A stretch of DNA of 63,971 nt, filler included, from Octopus bimaculoides (lineage: Eukaryota), in the NCBI RefSeq assembly GCF_001194135.2. It is 11 parts of 9 records of this genome, joined end to end, with 100 filler letters (N's around TTAATTAATTAA, not from the genome) between each part and the next. Parts side by side here need not be neighbours in the genome. Positions count along the whole stretch, not along the records: positions 18,505 to 37,965 come from NC_068986.1; 10 more parts are not named here. The stretch is one strand, 5' to 3'. The notes under the pieces are model-generated. The model was given only the letters and a program-made list of their open reading frames with translations. It was not told the origin of the DNA and did not search any database. Position 1 is the stretch's first letter; every line of letters begins with the position of its first letter. A program made the position numbers and the translations under genes. Shown here one piece after another: positions 24,005 through 36,204 of this stretch.

Positions 24005-24167
24005 AGCACCTGTGACGTGGCTACTCATTCCTACAGCAGAGTGAACTGGAGCAACAAAAATAAAGTGTCTTGCTCATGAAAACATCACGCAGCCCAATCC
24101 AGGATTCGAACTCACAACCTCACGATCGTAAGCTCGACACTCTAACCACTGAGCCATGCGCCTTCAC
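24005..24167 (-). mobile_element. SINE family D (tRNA-Arg-like head, CORE-like body)
   Basis: gtgaaggcgcatggctcagtggttagag..gagcttacgatc..gagttcgaatcc..atgagcaagacacttt. Confidence 0.85.
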
Positions 24168-24606
24168 TGTTGCATTTATAATTTGTATATATTTATATTA
24201 TTATAAATGCAAAACAACACCACGGAGGAATCGATGCAAACATACATAGTAACTGCGGTAGGTGAACTGCGATATGGCGAGGTATTACTGTATTTTATTT
24301 ATTTATGCGCCCTTTTCCGGTTTTTATGACGTATGTGTTCCCAACCCCCAGCTGGACGGGACACCAGTCCATCGCAGCTTTAATCCCCCTACGAGGGATT
24401 ACTGTAAACCAATATATTTTCAGTTGAACTATAAATGCGGAAACATTCTGTGAAAACCTATCTTTATACTTTTATTTTTCTTACACATAAATACATGGAA
24501 TAAAAATTACTCCCTCCACCACCAGCACCACCTATGTTAGAAATTAACACAATAAACATATAATTGTTATCTTATGCTTGCTTCAGACACGATAAATATA
24601 TATTGG

Positions 24607-24972
24607 TTATCTTTTACTTACTTCAGTTTTTTTACTGCGGCCATGCTGGGGCACCGCCTTGAAGGGTTTTAGTCGAACAAATTGAGCCCAGGAAATTTTT
24701 TTTTATCCTAGTACTTAGTCTATCGATCTATTTTGCCGAACCGCTAAGTTACGAGGAAGTAAACACACCAACACCGGTTGCAAAGCGATGATGAGTCACA
24801 AACATACACACACACATACATACATTGAGTTATTTCAGCTTCCATCCACCAAATCCACACACAAAGTTTTGGCGGGCCCGAGGCTATAGTAGAAGACAGT
24901 TGCCCAAGGTGCCACGCAGTGGGACTGAACCCGGAACCATGTGGTAGGGAAGCAATCTTCTTACCACAGAGC
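24607..24972 (-). mobile_element. SINE family A, complete, short internal microsatellite
   Basis: Head (gtggtaag..ggttccgggttcagtccc), CORE-like ccttgggcaa, TG tract and 3' half all present. Confidence 0.92.
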
Positions 24973-25148
24973 TTCGTATACTTTTACTCTTTTCTTCTTT
25001 CAGAATTTTTATCTGACGTTAGAACAGAAGATATCAGGACAATATTACACGAACTACAGAAAACTCGAAAACAATATCAGATTATTTTGGATATGGCTAA
25101 ATGTATGTGTGTAAGTATGTACTGTTGCTTTAATATCTTTCACTTTAT

Positions 25149-25585
25149 AAGGCGGTGAGCTGGTAGAAACGTTAGCTCGTATGGCGAAATGCTTAGCGGT
25201 ATTTCGTCTGCCGTTACGTTCTGAGTTTAAATTCCGCCGAGGTCGACTTTGCCTTTCATGCTTCCGGGGTCGATTAAATAAGTACCAGTTACGCACTGGA
25301 GTCGATATAATCGACTTAATCCCTTTGTCTGTCCTTGTTTGTCGCCTCTGTGTGTAGCCCCTTGTGGGCAGTAAAGAAATAAGAAACGTTAGCACGCTGG
25401 GCAAAATGCTTAGCGGTATTTCGTCTGTCTTTACGTTCTGAGGTCAAATTCCGCCGAGGTCGACTTCGCCTTTCATCCTTTCGGAGTCGATAAATTATGT
25501 ACCAGTTGCGTACTGGGTTCTATCTAATCGACTGGCCACCACCACAAAAATGTTTCGGGCCTTGTGCCTAGAGTAGAAAAGAATA
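25149..25585 (+). mobile_element. SINE family B, dimeric or nested form
   Basis: Two units, each starting acgttagc..aaatgcttagcggtatttcgtctg, joined at aaagaaataagaa. Confidence 0.92.
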
Positions 25586-25931
25586 TCTTTCACTTTATAT
25601 CTAAACTATTGTGTCAAATAAGGAACGTCTTGCGTGAAATTATTAGTCTCGTAATTCACTTTCTGGTGCCAAACCAATATAGCATGACCGATCTCGTCAT
25701 TTTCTGTTGTACGACTACATCCTGATTATTAATGTAATTCTACCTCATCAGCAATTATGTAGCATCCGAATACAATGATGCCCATGAAATTCATTGGGAC
25801 TCTGTTGTACATGATACGGTCACGAAACAGAACAAAAGTGAATACAACGGTATATGGACATTATAAACATGTATACATTTTTTCTCTGTACATTTCAGTT
25901 TCAACATTCAATCTTTCTAACATATATATAT

Positions 25932-26160
25932 CCCAGACCGGACGTTGTGAGTGTTTATTGAGCGGAAACACCTAACACTCCACGAGGCTCCGGCAGGTGG
26001 TGGTGGCGAACCCTGCTGTATCCTTTCACCACAACTTCCTTTCACTTTTCTTCCTTTTCTGTTGTACCTGTATTTCAAAGGGCCAGCGTTGTCACACTCT
26101 GTGTCACGCTGAATCTCCCCCACCCCTCGAGAACTACGTTAGGGGTACACTACGTTAAGA
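25932..26160 (+). mobile_element. SINE family C, truncated at both ends
   Basis: Aligns to 22745-22970. Confidence 0.85.
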
Positions 26161-26169
26161 GTGCCCTTT

Positions 26170-26590
26170 TGAGCAAACCTTTGTGAGTGGATTTGGTTGA
26201 CAGAAACTAAAAGGCGGCGAGCTGGCAGAATCGTTAGAGTACCGATGTTATCGACTTAATCCCTTTGTCCTTGTTTGTCCCCTTTATGTTTAGCCCCTTG
26301 TGGGCAATAAAGAAATAAGAAACTAAAAAAAGCCCTTTGTATATATCTGTGTGTGTGTGTGTGTGTGCGTGTGCGTATGCGTGCGTGTGCGTGTGTGTGT
26401 GTGTGCCCACTGCTTGACAACCGTTGTTGGTGTGTTTGCGTCCCCGTAACTTAGCGGTTGAGCAAAAAAACAATAGAATACGTACAAGGCTCAAAAAGAA
26501 AGCAAATACTGGGGTCACTTTGTTCAAGTAAAATTCATCATGGTGGTGCTTCAGCATCGCTGCAGTCTAATGACCGAAACAAGCAAAAAA
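26170..26590 (+). mobile_element. SINE family A, 5'-truncated, interrupted by a family B copy
   Basis: ctttgtgagtggatttgg.., TG tract, 3' half to atgaccgaaacaagc. Confidence 0.85.
26213..26317 (+). mobile_element. SINE family B (internally deleted) nested in family A, 11-bp target-site duplication
   Basis: AGAAACTAAAA at 26202-26212 and 26318-26328. Confidence 0.88.
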
Positions 26591-27019
26591 ATAAAGCAAC
26601 GTGTGTATAATGAGTTCAGATACGCTTGTTACATATTTGACTAGTAAAAAAAAGCCGTTTTCACGGCATTTTGCCATGGAGAAAATTATCACTTTTGGCA
26701 AAAACCGTTAAAACACCAACAGTCAGTTCAGGGCACCCTGTAGTCGACCGATGAAAGTATTGCTAGCAATTTGACTATCATCATTACTAGATGTTACAAA
26801 AGAGTGACAGCCCTGAAATGACTTTGGAAGGTACAGTGCGATTATAGAAAATTCTTGTTGGATGAATCGTATGACCGTCAAATAGAATAAAAACCTGTAA
26901 AATCAATCAATCAAACAATTGAAGCAAGGAATGGGAAGAAGTAGAAAAAAAATGAGAAAAAGACTGGAGGGAAATTATAAAGTGGAAAATATAACTGGGG
27001 AGAATAGAAATTATAAATA

Positions 27020-27340
27020 CTCACACACACCATCCTCAGATAAACGCGCACTTGCGCACCCTAGCTCAGCCAGGTCACCATTATTATCTCCCTTTCACTC
27101 AGCCTCTTTCTTCCAGTCATTTCATCATGTTGGACCGTTAATCCCTACACATCTTTTTTCTCTCTCCGTATTTTTCGTTCTCTCCCCATTTTTGCCCTCT
27201 CAAACCTTTCTGTCGAAGAGCGTAGGTTCTCGAATCATCAAAGACTTTTCCATTCTTCCCGAGTGTTGAACTAGTACACCTGCTTCTTGTCCCCTCACCT
27301 GTCTTTGTCTTTTGTTTTCTGTAAATTTCAACAATATATA
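27020..27340 (+). mobile_element. Dispersed repeat family H copy 2 (degenerate hammerhead-like core 27206-27243)
   Basis: Homology to 6040-6390(-); CUUU-CUGUCGA-A-GAGC GUAG GUUCUC-GAAU-CAU-C-AAAG. Confidence 0.7.
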
Positions 27341-28539
27341 TANNNNNNNNNNNNNNNNNNNNNNNNNNNNNNNNNNNNNNNNNNNNNNNNNNNNNNNNNN
27401 NNNNNNNNNNNNNNNNNNNNNNNNNNNNNNNNNNNNNNNNNNNNNNNNNNNNNNNNNNNNNNNNNNNNNNNNNNNNNNNNNNNNNNNNNNNNNNNNNNNN
27501 NNNNNNNNNNNNNNNNNNNNNNNNNNNNNNNNNNNNNNNNNNNNNNNNNNNNNNNNNNNNNNNNNNNNNNNNNNNNNNNNNNNNNNNNNNNNNNNNNNNN
27601 NNNNNNNNNNNNNNNNNNNNNNNNNNNNNNNNNNNNNNNNNNNNNNNNNNNNNNNNNNNNNNNNNNTATATATATATATATATGCATATGTAAATTTCTA
27701 TGTTTTCGTTCCAGAAACCAGTATACAAATGGCAATTAAGTTGTTGGCAGAAATCCCTGTTTAGATACGTAAGTATCTCCATTCGCTTATATTGGTGCAC
27801 AAATTCTTCCAAGTATGAATCTTAATAACGGTTCCAGCATTATAATCTCGAAACTCTTGAGGTCTAAGTGTTTCTGTGTGTATATATATGTGTATATATA
27901 TGTGTATATATATGTGTGTATATATGTGTGTATATATGTGTGTATATATATGCGTGTGTCTATGTCAGTGTCTCATTACGCAAGAAGTGTGTTCATCCTT
28001 GTTTTGTGTTTTTTCTATCAGTGTGTGTTTGCGTGCTTGTACATGGACAACGGTAAAATGCAAATAATTAAGGTGAGATGTCATTGTCAGTGCCAGCACA
28101 CTTTATACTGATTGCTATTATACAGAGATAGCATCAGTGAGGAATGAAACAGTGGTAATTTTTTTTTAATCCCAAAACATTCATGGTGGATTAAACCTAA
28201 GAAGGCTATATCACTCGTGCCCCTACACTCGTCTTTATTTTCAAGTAGTGGCCCATGTCACACGATGTATACTTCCTCTTCGTTTTGATGCGATAGTGTA
28301 TGAAGTAAGGGAGATTTGACTGTCATTTCTCGTCGGCTGAATAACCACATAGAGGTTCCCTTGTTGGCCTTATAAACAGTCAGCATGGATTTGTGGAAGC
28401 AGCAGAGCTTGGCATGAAATAGTTAGTCATGTTCTTAATGTCCGATCAACCTTGTGCTTCACAATTCTTTGATTGGTTTTACCATTCATACTATCAGCAA
28501 TCGATGTTCATTTAAATCGACTGCTTGAATCGCTAGTGT

Positions 28540-28670
28540 AACAACAGATGAAACGTTACATGGCATTTAGTTGTGTCCCTTTATCTTCTGAGTTCAATAC
28601 CCCATGAGATGAAATTCACCTTTTTTTTTCCGGGTCAACGAAATGAAATACCAGAAACCTTCTGAGGTTT
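28540..28670 (+). mobile_element. SINE family B, degenerate
   Basis: tggcatttagttgtgtccctttatcttctgagttcaatacc..gggtcaacgaaatgaaatacca. Confidence 0.55.
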
Positions 28671-29307
28671 TCGTAATTGTTGCCTTCAATAGTCACCTTA
28701 GTGGCAAATAAAAGAAATTGTTGCTGTTGTTGCTGTAGCGGGGGGGGGGGGTGAAATAGTGGTGGCTGTGTGGTGGTGGTGATGGTGGTGGTGGTGTTTG
28801 CGGTGGTGTTTGTGTCAACGCTGTATATATATAGACGGACTTCTTTAGTGTTAAATTCCTGTGGCCTTCTCTTTCGTCGTTGTTGTTGTTATCCTTTTTG
28901 TTCTTGTTCAGTAGCTCTAAATGAACCCTGATAAAGAAGAGCTCAGTTAAGTATGTTGTCCGGCAGACGAACATGTATAATCCATAAATTCACAGATTCT
29001 TATGTATCATATCTCTGAATGGTTGAGGACAAAAAAGCACATTCTGTCACACAACGCTTTTTTTTTTTTTTTTCATATGTGGTGCAATGTTTCACTCTGA
29101 ACACAAACATGGTATTTGTGGATTACAACTACATTTTACGAATTGACTTTCGTTCTCTTTTGTTGCCAACGAGTTTATTTACATTCGCTGTTAATCATAT
29201 TATAATTCTACAGGAGTATGAGTTGACTCTTCTTGTGCCCAGCTTAAGGTTGATTATCCAGGAGCAAAACGGACACAAAAATATGTTCCTCTTCTCTTCC
29301 CTTGTAG

Positions 29308-29352
29308 AGCTGCTCACCTGGAAGGACCTGATCAGCAACTCCCGCTGTGGAG
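29308..29352 (+). CDS. Weak candidate 45-nt exon; a competing 27-nt candidate overlaps on the minus strand
   Basis: cctcttctcttcccttgtag | 45 nt | gtgaga; GC-rich island; no recognisable homology. Confidence 0.2.
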
Positions 29353-29579
29353 GTGAGATATTATTTACTATCCATTCATGGATTCATTCATTTATTTTTC
29401 GTGTGACACAGCTGGGCCGTTAAAAAAATGTTTGGAGTCAGTAGTTCACGTATAGTCAGCATAGTCAACTTCCAGTACCCTAATTTACCAAACTATTAAA
29501 ACTAGATAAACCCCTGTTTTCCTGCTTTGCTCATCTCCAAGACAAAAGGTGGTCAAATGTCTCAACATAATATCCTGCA

Positions 29580-29903
29580 GTGGATGCGTAATGGCCCAGT
29601 GGTTAGGGCAGCGGAAACGCGGTCATAGGATCGTGGTTTCGATTTCCAGACCGGGCGTTGTGAGTGTTTCTTAAGCGAAAACACCTAAAGCTCCACGAGG
29701 CTCCGGCAGGGGATGGTGGCGAACCCTGCTGTACTCTTTCACCACAACTTTCTCTCACTCTTACTTCCTGTTTCTGTTGCGCCTGTAATTCAAAGGGCCA
29801 GCCTTGTCATACTGTGTCTCGCTGAATATCCCCGAGAACTACCTTAAGGGTACACGTGTCTGTGGAGTGCTCAACCACTTGCACGTTAATTTCACGAGCA
29901 GGC
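29580..29903 (+). mobile_element. SINE family C
   Basis: Near-identical to 22691-22978 and extends into the tail seen at 37722-37965. Confidence 0.92.
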
Positions 29904-30179
29904 TGCAACTGTAATCAGCGGCAGTGGAAGGATTTCTGTAAAACTTAAGTACATTAATTTGAGATAAACTTATAAATGTATAACCTGTCAGTGTTGGCCA
30001 GTGCCCAGTCTAATTTAATAGCGCCATCTGGTGAACTCTAAATTGACAGACCTTGTTGTTTTGATGCTGATCTGAAGGAGATCTTTTTCTCTATTCTAGT
30101 GTTATTAGTGTCGATGTTGCCGCGGGATGTATCCGAGTTGATTAACTGTTTTAATAAAATTCTTTCACTTGTCTGAGTT

Positions 30180-30555
30180 CTCTCTCTCCCTCTCTCTCTN
30201 NNNNNNNNNTCTCTCTCTCCCTCTCTCTTTCCCCCTCTTTCTCTCTCTCTCTCTCTCTCTCGCTCCTCTCTCTCTCTACCTTCCCACACTCTCTCCCTGT
30301 CTCTCTACATTCCCACTCTTTCTCCTTCTCTCTCTCTTTCTCTTTCTCTCTCTCTTTCTCCTTCTCTCTCTACCTTGTCTCTCTCTTTCTATCTCTCCCC
30401 TCTCTCTTTCTCTCTCTCTTTCTCTTTCTTTCTCCTTCTCTCTCTCTCTCTCTCTACCTTCTTACTCTCTCTCCCTGTCTCTCTACATTCTCATTTTCAG
30501 TCTCTCTTTCTTTATTTACTTTCAGTCTCTCTCTTTCTCTTTCTTTCTCTCTCTT

Positions 30556-30610
<55 letters not shown>

Positions 30611-30620
30611 NNNNNNNNNN

Positions 30621-30655
<35 letters not shown>

Positions 30656-30670
30656 TCTCTCTCTCTCTCT
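30180..30670. repeat. Long (CT)n-type polypyrimidine/polypurine tract
   Basis: Direct reading. Confidence 0.95.
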
Positions 30671-32125
30671 GCAAGTCTATTTTTACGAGTTTATTTAGGG
30701 CTGTGATTTGAGCATATATTTCTAATCATATCCGAAAGAACCTTCCGCCAATCTCTGAACGTTAAGTCAAGTATGATTACCTCAGAGTTTGAGTTAAGAA
30801 GATCCACTTTGAAAAATAGGTTGGTTGTGGTGAACGTGTTGGTTTGCGTGTAAAGGAATGGAAAACTATTATTGCCGTGTGCCATAGACTAATCTATCAT
30901 GGACAATAGTAGAATGGCTGCTAAATACTAGATTTAAAACATTTTCGTTGCGTCTCGTTGATTGAAGCATAATTTGTGACACTAAATTTAAACAGTGCTT
31001 CGAATGGTTATTTGATTGGGGTTTAATGCAGTTAGTTAATTTCGAAGAATTTGTTTATAGGCCAATCTACATAAAGTAAGATTAAGTTGTCCGCCAATAA
31101 TATATTCCAGAATTGCATATTTTTGGATGATGGAATAGATTTAGTTAATATGTTAATGGAAGCACAACAATGACATTTACGTTGACTCGAAGGGTCCACT
31201 TATGGTTAGGTCACTAACCCTATTGTGTAGAAGCATAGATCGCAATAACCAATGGAATATATATAAAGAAATGATGGCAAGAACGGTTGCTCTTCATTCG
31301 CTTCAAATTCAACAATGCAAGTGTATTGTGATAATGTTTCTAGCTTTTGTCTTTGCATTCAAGTGGGAATTACTAAGACAAGACTCAGTTTGGATGAAGA
31401 TAGGAATAAGAAGTTTCTGCTCTGAAATCCATCTAACCATGTATTGAATCTTTCATGATGGTGCACTAGATACGTTGTATGTGTTCTGAAATGCAATGGA
31501 ACGTAAACAGTTATAAATATTACTTTAATGTGTCTATAATATTATGTCCTAGTCTTTTCTCTCATCTGTGTGTGGTGTTATATTCTCACTCGTTTACTGA
31601 AACATAAGTATTCATAAGTCTGTAGCTGACTTTTTTTTCCCATTTAATCAGGCACACTTTTCTAGTTCGAATTACGTATCATTTCTTTTCCTTTCCTAAA
31701 CCCGTGTACTGTCTCTAGTAAATGTTATTATTTGTTTAACAGCATACAACTCGCGGCCGCAATTTTACAGAAGATAACTTATGGTCCTCCCTTTTATCAT
31801 TTCCATCCGAGTGTCAGTCTGGCTTAACTTATTAGTTAAATATATTAGCTCCAAACAGAAAAGGAATAGTGAGAGGAAGCCCCCTTAGAATATTGTTCTT
31901 CCAATAGAGATGATGTTAGTTTTATAATTTCTTTATTTGTCGTTATACAGAAAATTACCTATTATTTACATATGAAATGTATGATGTTTTATAACGATGC
32001 CTTGTATGAAGAGAGGAGCATCGGACTGTACTGTTATTATCTATTTACTTTTACAGAAACTGAATACCATATTTGCCTGAATTTTATCTCTCAATATTCT
32101 AAGGTAAACCCCAATAAATAATACC

Positions 32126-32177
<52 letters not shown>

Positions 32178-32630
32178 GTTGTTGTTATTTTCCTTCTTTC
32201 TGTTGTTGTTAATGCTATTGCTNNNNNNNNNNNNNNNNNNNNNNNNNNNNNNNNNNNNNNNNNNNNNNNNNNNNNNNNNNNNNNNNNNNNNNNNNNNNNN
32301 NNNNNNNNNNNNNNNNNNNNNNNNNNNNNNNNNNNNNNNNNNNNNNNNNNNNNNNNNNNNNNNNNNNNNNNNNNNNNNNNNNNNNNNNNNNNNNNNNNNN
32401 NNNNNNNNNNNNNNNNNNNNNNNNNNNNNNNNNNNNNNNNNNNNNNNNNNNNNNNNNNNNNNNNNNNNNNNNNNNNNNNNNNNNNNNNNNNNNNNNNNNN
32501 NNNNNNNNNNNNNNNNNNNNNNNNNNNNNNNNNNNNNNNNNNNNNNNNNNNNNNNNNNNNNNNNNNNNNNNNNNNNNNNNNNNNNNNNNNNNNNNNNNNN
32601 NNNNNNNNNNNNNNNNNNNNNNNNNNNNNN

Positions 32631-32937
<307 letters not shown>

Positions 32938-32938
<1 letters not shown>

Positions 32939-33165
32939 AGGCAGCGAGCCAGCAGAATAATTAGCGCCTCGGACAAAATGTTTGGCAGAAATTGTTTTTT
33001 TGGCTCCCCACGTTCTTTGTTCAGATGCTGCCAAGGTTGATCTTACCTTTAATCCTTTCAGAGTCGGTAAAATATGTACCAGCTGGACACTGGTATCGGT
33101 GCAATCGACATGCACCCACCACCCCAAAATTGATGGCCTTGGGCCAAAATTGGAAAGAATTATTA
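32938..33165 (+). mobile_element. SINE family B, old subfamily
   Basis: aaggcagcgagccagcagaataattagc..ctttaatcctttcagagtcggtaaaatatgtacca. Confidence 0.7.
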
Positions 33166-34360
33166 GTTTTGATCAACATCATCATTTCCATCGTCATCAT
33201 CATCATCATCATCATCACCATCATCATGCAACAGTTTTATGCGAGTTTATACTGCACCATCAGTATAAAGACATTTTGTCCGGCGTGTCCGCCATTTTGC
33301 TGTCCATTTCTTTAAAGAAAACATCTGTGAAAATTAGAATTTGAACCGATCGAAATGCATTGTAGATTTGAAAAAAAAAAAACAGAACCCTGAGTCAATA
33401 GGGAGTTCAGTTTCATCACTAACACCATCGTACGCAAATATTAACTCACATACACACCTGCACCTCACCATACATGCGCATACACCTAAACACATACTGA
33501 TTCATATTTGAAACGCTTCTAAAATATTTTTTTATTTTATGTGTTGCAGATTGACCGGCTGCCATGTGACACTGATACAAGTAAATGGATGTTTCCATTC
33601 ACAGTTTGAGTTTATAGACATAACCGCAAGAGAGAGAGAGAGAGATAACACTCCGTCTCGAATAGGAAAGGAGTAACCTCCTCTACCAAGCACATGTCCT
33701 TTTCTTGCTTTCAGTGTTGTGTTTGTTCCCACTATACAACCGTAATCTAGAATATATCTATGTTTATGTATGCGCAGCTATGAATATACGTATATGTGCA
33801 TCTATGTATGAATGTATGTATGTGTGTATGTATGTACGTAAGTACTTATGTATGCATGCATACATACTCACATACATACACACATATGCACATGCACACT
33901 GATTCACACATCCATACATATAGGAAACAAAAAAAGCTTTCACGACATCGGATCGAACTCGGAACCACATGCTACCACAAACACATATACACAGCACATA
34001 CGCACATAGACATGTAATGTTGTACATTAAATTGTATAAATATTTATATGTACATCTACACACACACACACACACACATGCACATATAACACGCATGCAT
34101 GCATACATATACAAATGATTCGTTACAGATGTCCATATGTTTCGTTCTAAGGAGCTGTTCAAAAGATTAGGTATTTTGGTTCAGCTGGTGGATTTAATAT
34201 GAAGAGACAAAAGACCTGTAGGGAAAAGTGTGTTGTAAAACTAGATACCACAAATAAAGGAATGTATATTATCCTGAATTGAAACTAGGGCAAAGCATAT
34301 GCAATGTTACTAGTAATAATTCCATACACATTTATATAGATTCCGTGTAGACACATTATA

Positions 34361-34493
34361 CCGAGTGTCCACAAAGTCTGGGTACATGGGGATCAACAAT
34401 ACTTTAAGAAATAAGAAATTATTATTTCTTATATTAAATCGTTTATGTTATGATTTTATTTACTCCATGTACCCAGACTTTGTGGACACCCTG
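34361..34493. mobile_element. 133-bp Tc1/mariner-type MITE
   Basis: About 30-bp TIRs (C[C/A]G[A/G]GTGTCCACAAAGTCTGGGTACATGG), TA on both sides. Confidence 0.9.
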
Positions 34494-34674
34494 TAGAAAC
34501 AGAAAACGGTTAAAGCTAGTGTCTCTTGTTTCATTAAACAATTATTCAATTTATTTCTCTTGAATATATATCTATTTTGCGATGATATATTATTTATACA
34601 GTCTCCCCCACCCCAAGAAAAATACAAAAAGAAAGAAAAACGGGTTAAGTACGAGTGTCAATATTATTGAGTTC

Positions 34675-34860
34675 AGCAAGGCAGTGAGCTGACAGAATCA
34701 TTAGCACGATGGGGGAAATGCATAGCGGTATATCGTCTGTCTTTACGTTCTAGGTTCAAATTCCACCGAGGTCAACTTTACCTTTCATTCTTTCGAGTTC
34801 GATAAAATAAATACCAGATGAGCACTAGGGTCGATGGATGTGATCGACTTACGCCCTCCT
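34675..34860 (+). mobile_element. SINE family B
   Basis: aaggcagtgagctgacagaatcattagcacg..ggttcaaattccaccgaggtcaacttt. Confidence 0.85.
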
Positions 34861-34867
34861 ACGAAAT

Positions 34868-35030
34868 CGCTGGTTGGCATTTAGAAGGGCATCCAGCTGT
34901 AAAAACCATGTCAAAACAGGCACAGAAGCCTGGTGTAGTCTTCTACCTAACTGGCTCCTGTCAAACTGTCCAACCCATGCCAGCATGGAAGGTGGACGTT
35001 AAACGATGACGATGATGATGATGATGATAT
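34868..35030 (+). mobile_element. Retroposon 3' tail (family E, RTE-like end with (GAT)n)
   Basis: agaagggcatccagctgtaaaaacc..ccaacccatgccagcatggaa..gacgttaaacgatgacgatgatgat. Confidence 0.65.
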
Positions 35031-35044
35031 ATTTTTTAATTTTT

Positions 35045-35277
35045 TAACTTGTTTCAGTCATTTGACAACAGCCATGCTGGAGCACCGCCTTGAAGTACTT
35101 CTGTTGATCCCTGGACTTATTTTAAAGCCCAGTGCTTATTTTATCGGTCTCTTTGCCGAACCGCTAATTTACGGGGACGTAAACACACCAACAGCGGTTG
35201 TCAAGCGATGATGGGGAACACAGACACAAAGACATACAGTTACACATTCATATATGTATATACATATATATATTTGC

Positions 35278-35336
<59 letters not shown>

Positions 35337-35492
35337 TACGACGGGCTTCTTTCAGTATCCGTCTACTAAACCAACTCATAAAACTTTAATCAGCCCGGGG
35401 CTACAGTATAAGACACTTGCCCAAGGTGCCACATAGTGAGACTGAACCCGGAACCATGTGGTTGGAGAGCAAGCTTCTTATCACACAGCCAT
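35045..35492 (-). mobile_element. SINE family A, complete, expanded internal (TA)n
   Basis: Both halves flank a TA/CA tract at 35225-35340. Confidence 0.92.
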
Positions 35493-35890
35493 ATCACCAT
35501 GCATGTGTATCTATTGGTGTATGTTCGTATGCATGTCTGTGTGTATATATGTATTTATGTAGATGCAAATATATGTATTTATACACTTATACACACACAC
35601 ACACTCACACACACATACACACGTATACACACACACACACGCAGATATATTATATGTGTACGTGCATATGTTTATGTGTATGTATGAAGTTGTATATTCA
35701 CATTTAAACACAAATGTTCTTCTATCTATCACTTCTTAAATACAACTCGCTGAAATGCTTAGCTTTTTCATTGTATCTGTTCAGAAAACAGCCTACTTCA
35801 CAGTTCGGGAACTCTCAACGTCTACGTCCACCAGATCCGAAGCTGTGACTGCACCCTTCCTCCAGGTTTGTAAGACAATTTCCCACTTAC

Positions 35891-35965
35891 TCAGTTAAGG
35901 CCAGAATGGTCGCAATGCTTGTTAGGAGCACGTGTCTGCAATTCGCATATTCACATCTATGGTGG
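35891..35965 (-). CDS. Weak candidate 75-nt exon (HHRCEYANCRHVLLTSIATILALT)
   Basis: ttcctgtgttctcgctacaccctag | 75 nt | gtaagt; one open frame; no homology recognised. Confidence 0.2.
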
Positions 35966-36098
35966 CTAGGGTGTAGCGAGAACACAGGAAATATGATGAA
36001 TACGCGATAAATGTGTATTTTCATATACACGCCTATTGTATGTGCCTTTTATGTAAATACATGTGTATACACATATGTATATATGAAATGTATGTATA

Positions 36099-36183
<85 letters not shown>

Positions 36184-36204
36184 ACGCGTATGTAAATATA
36201 TATA

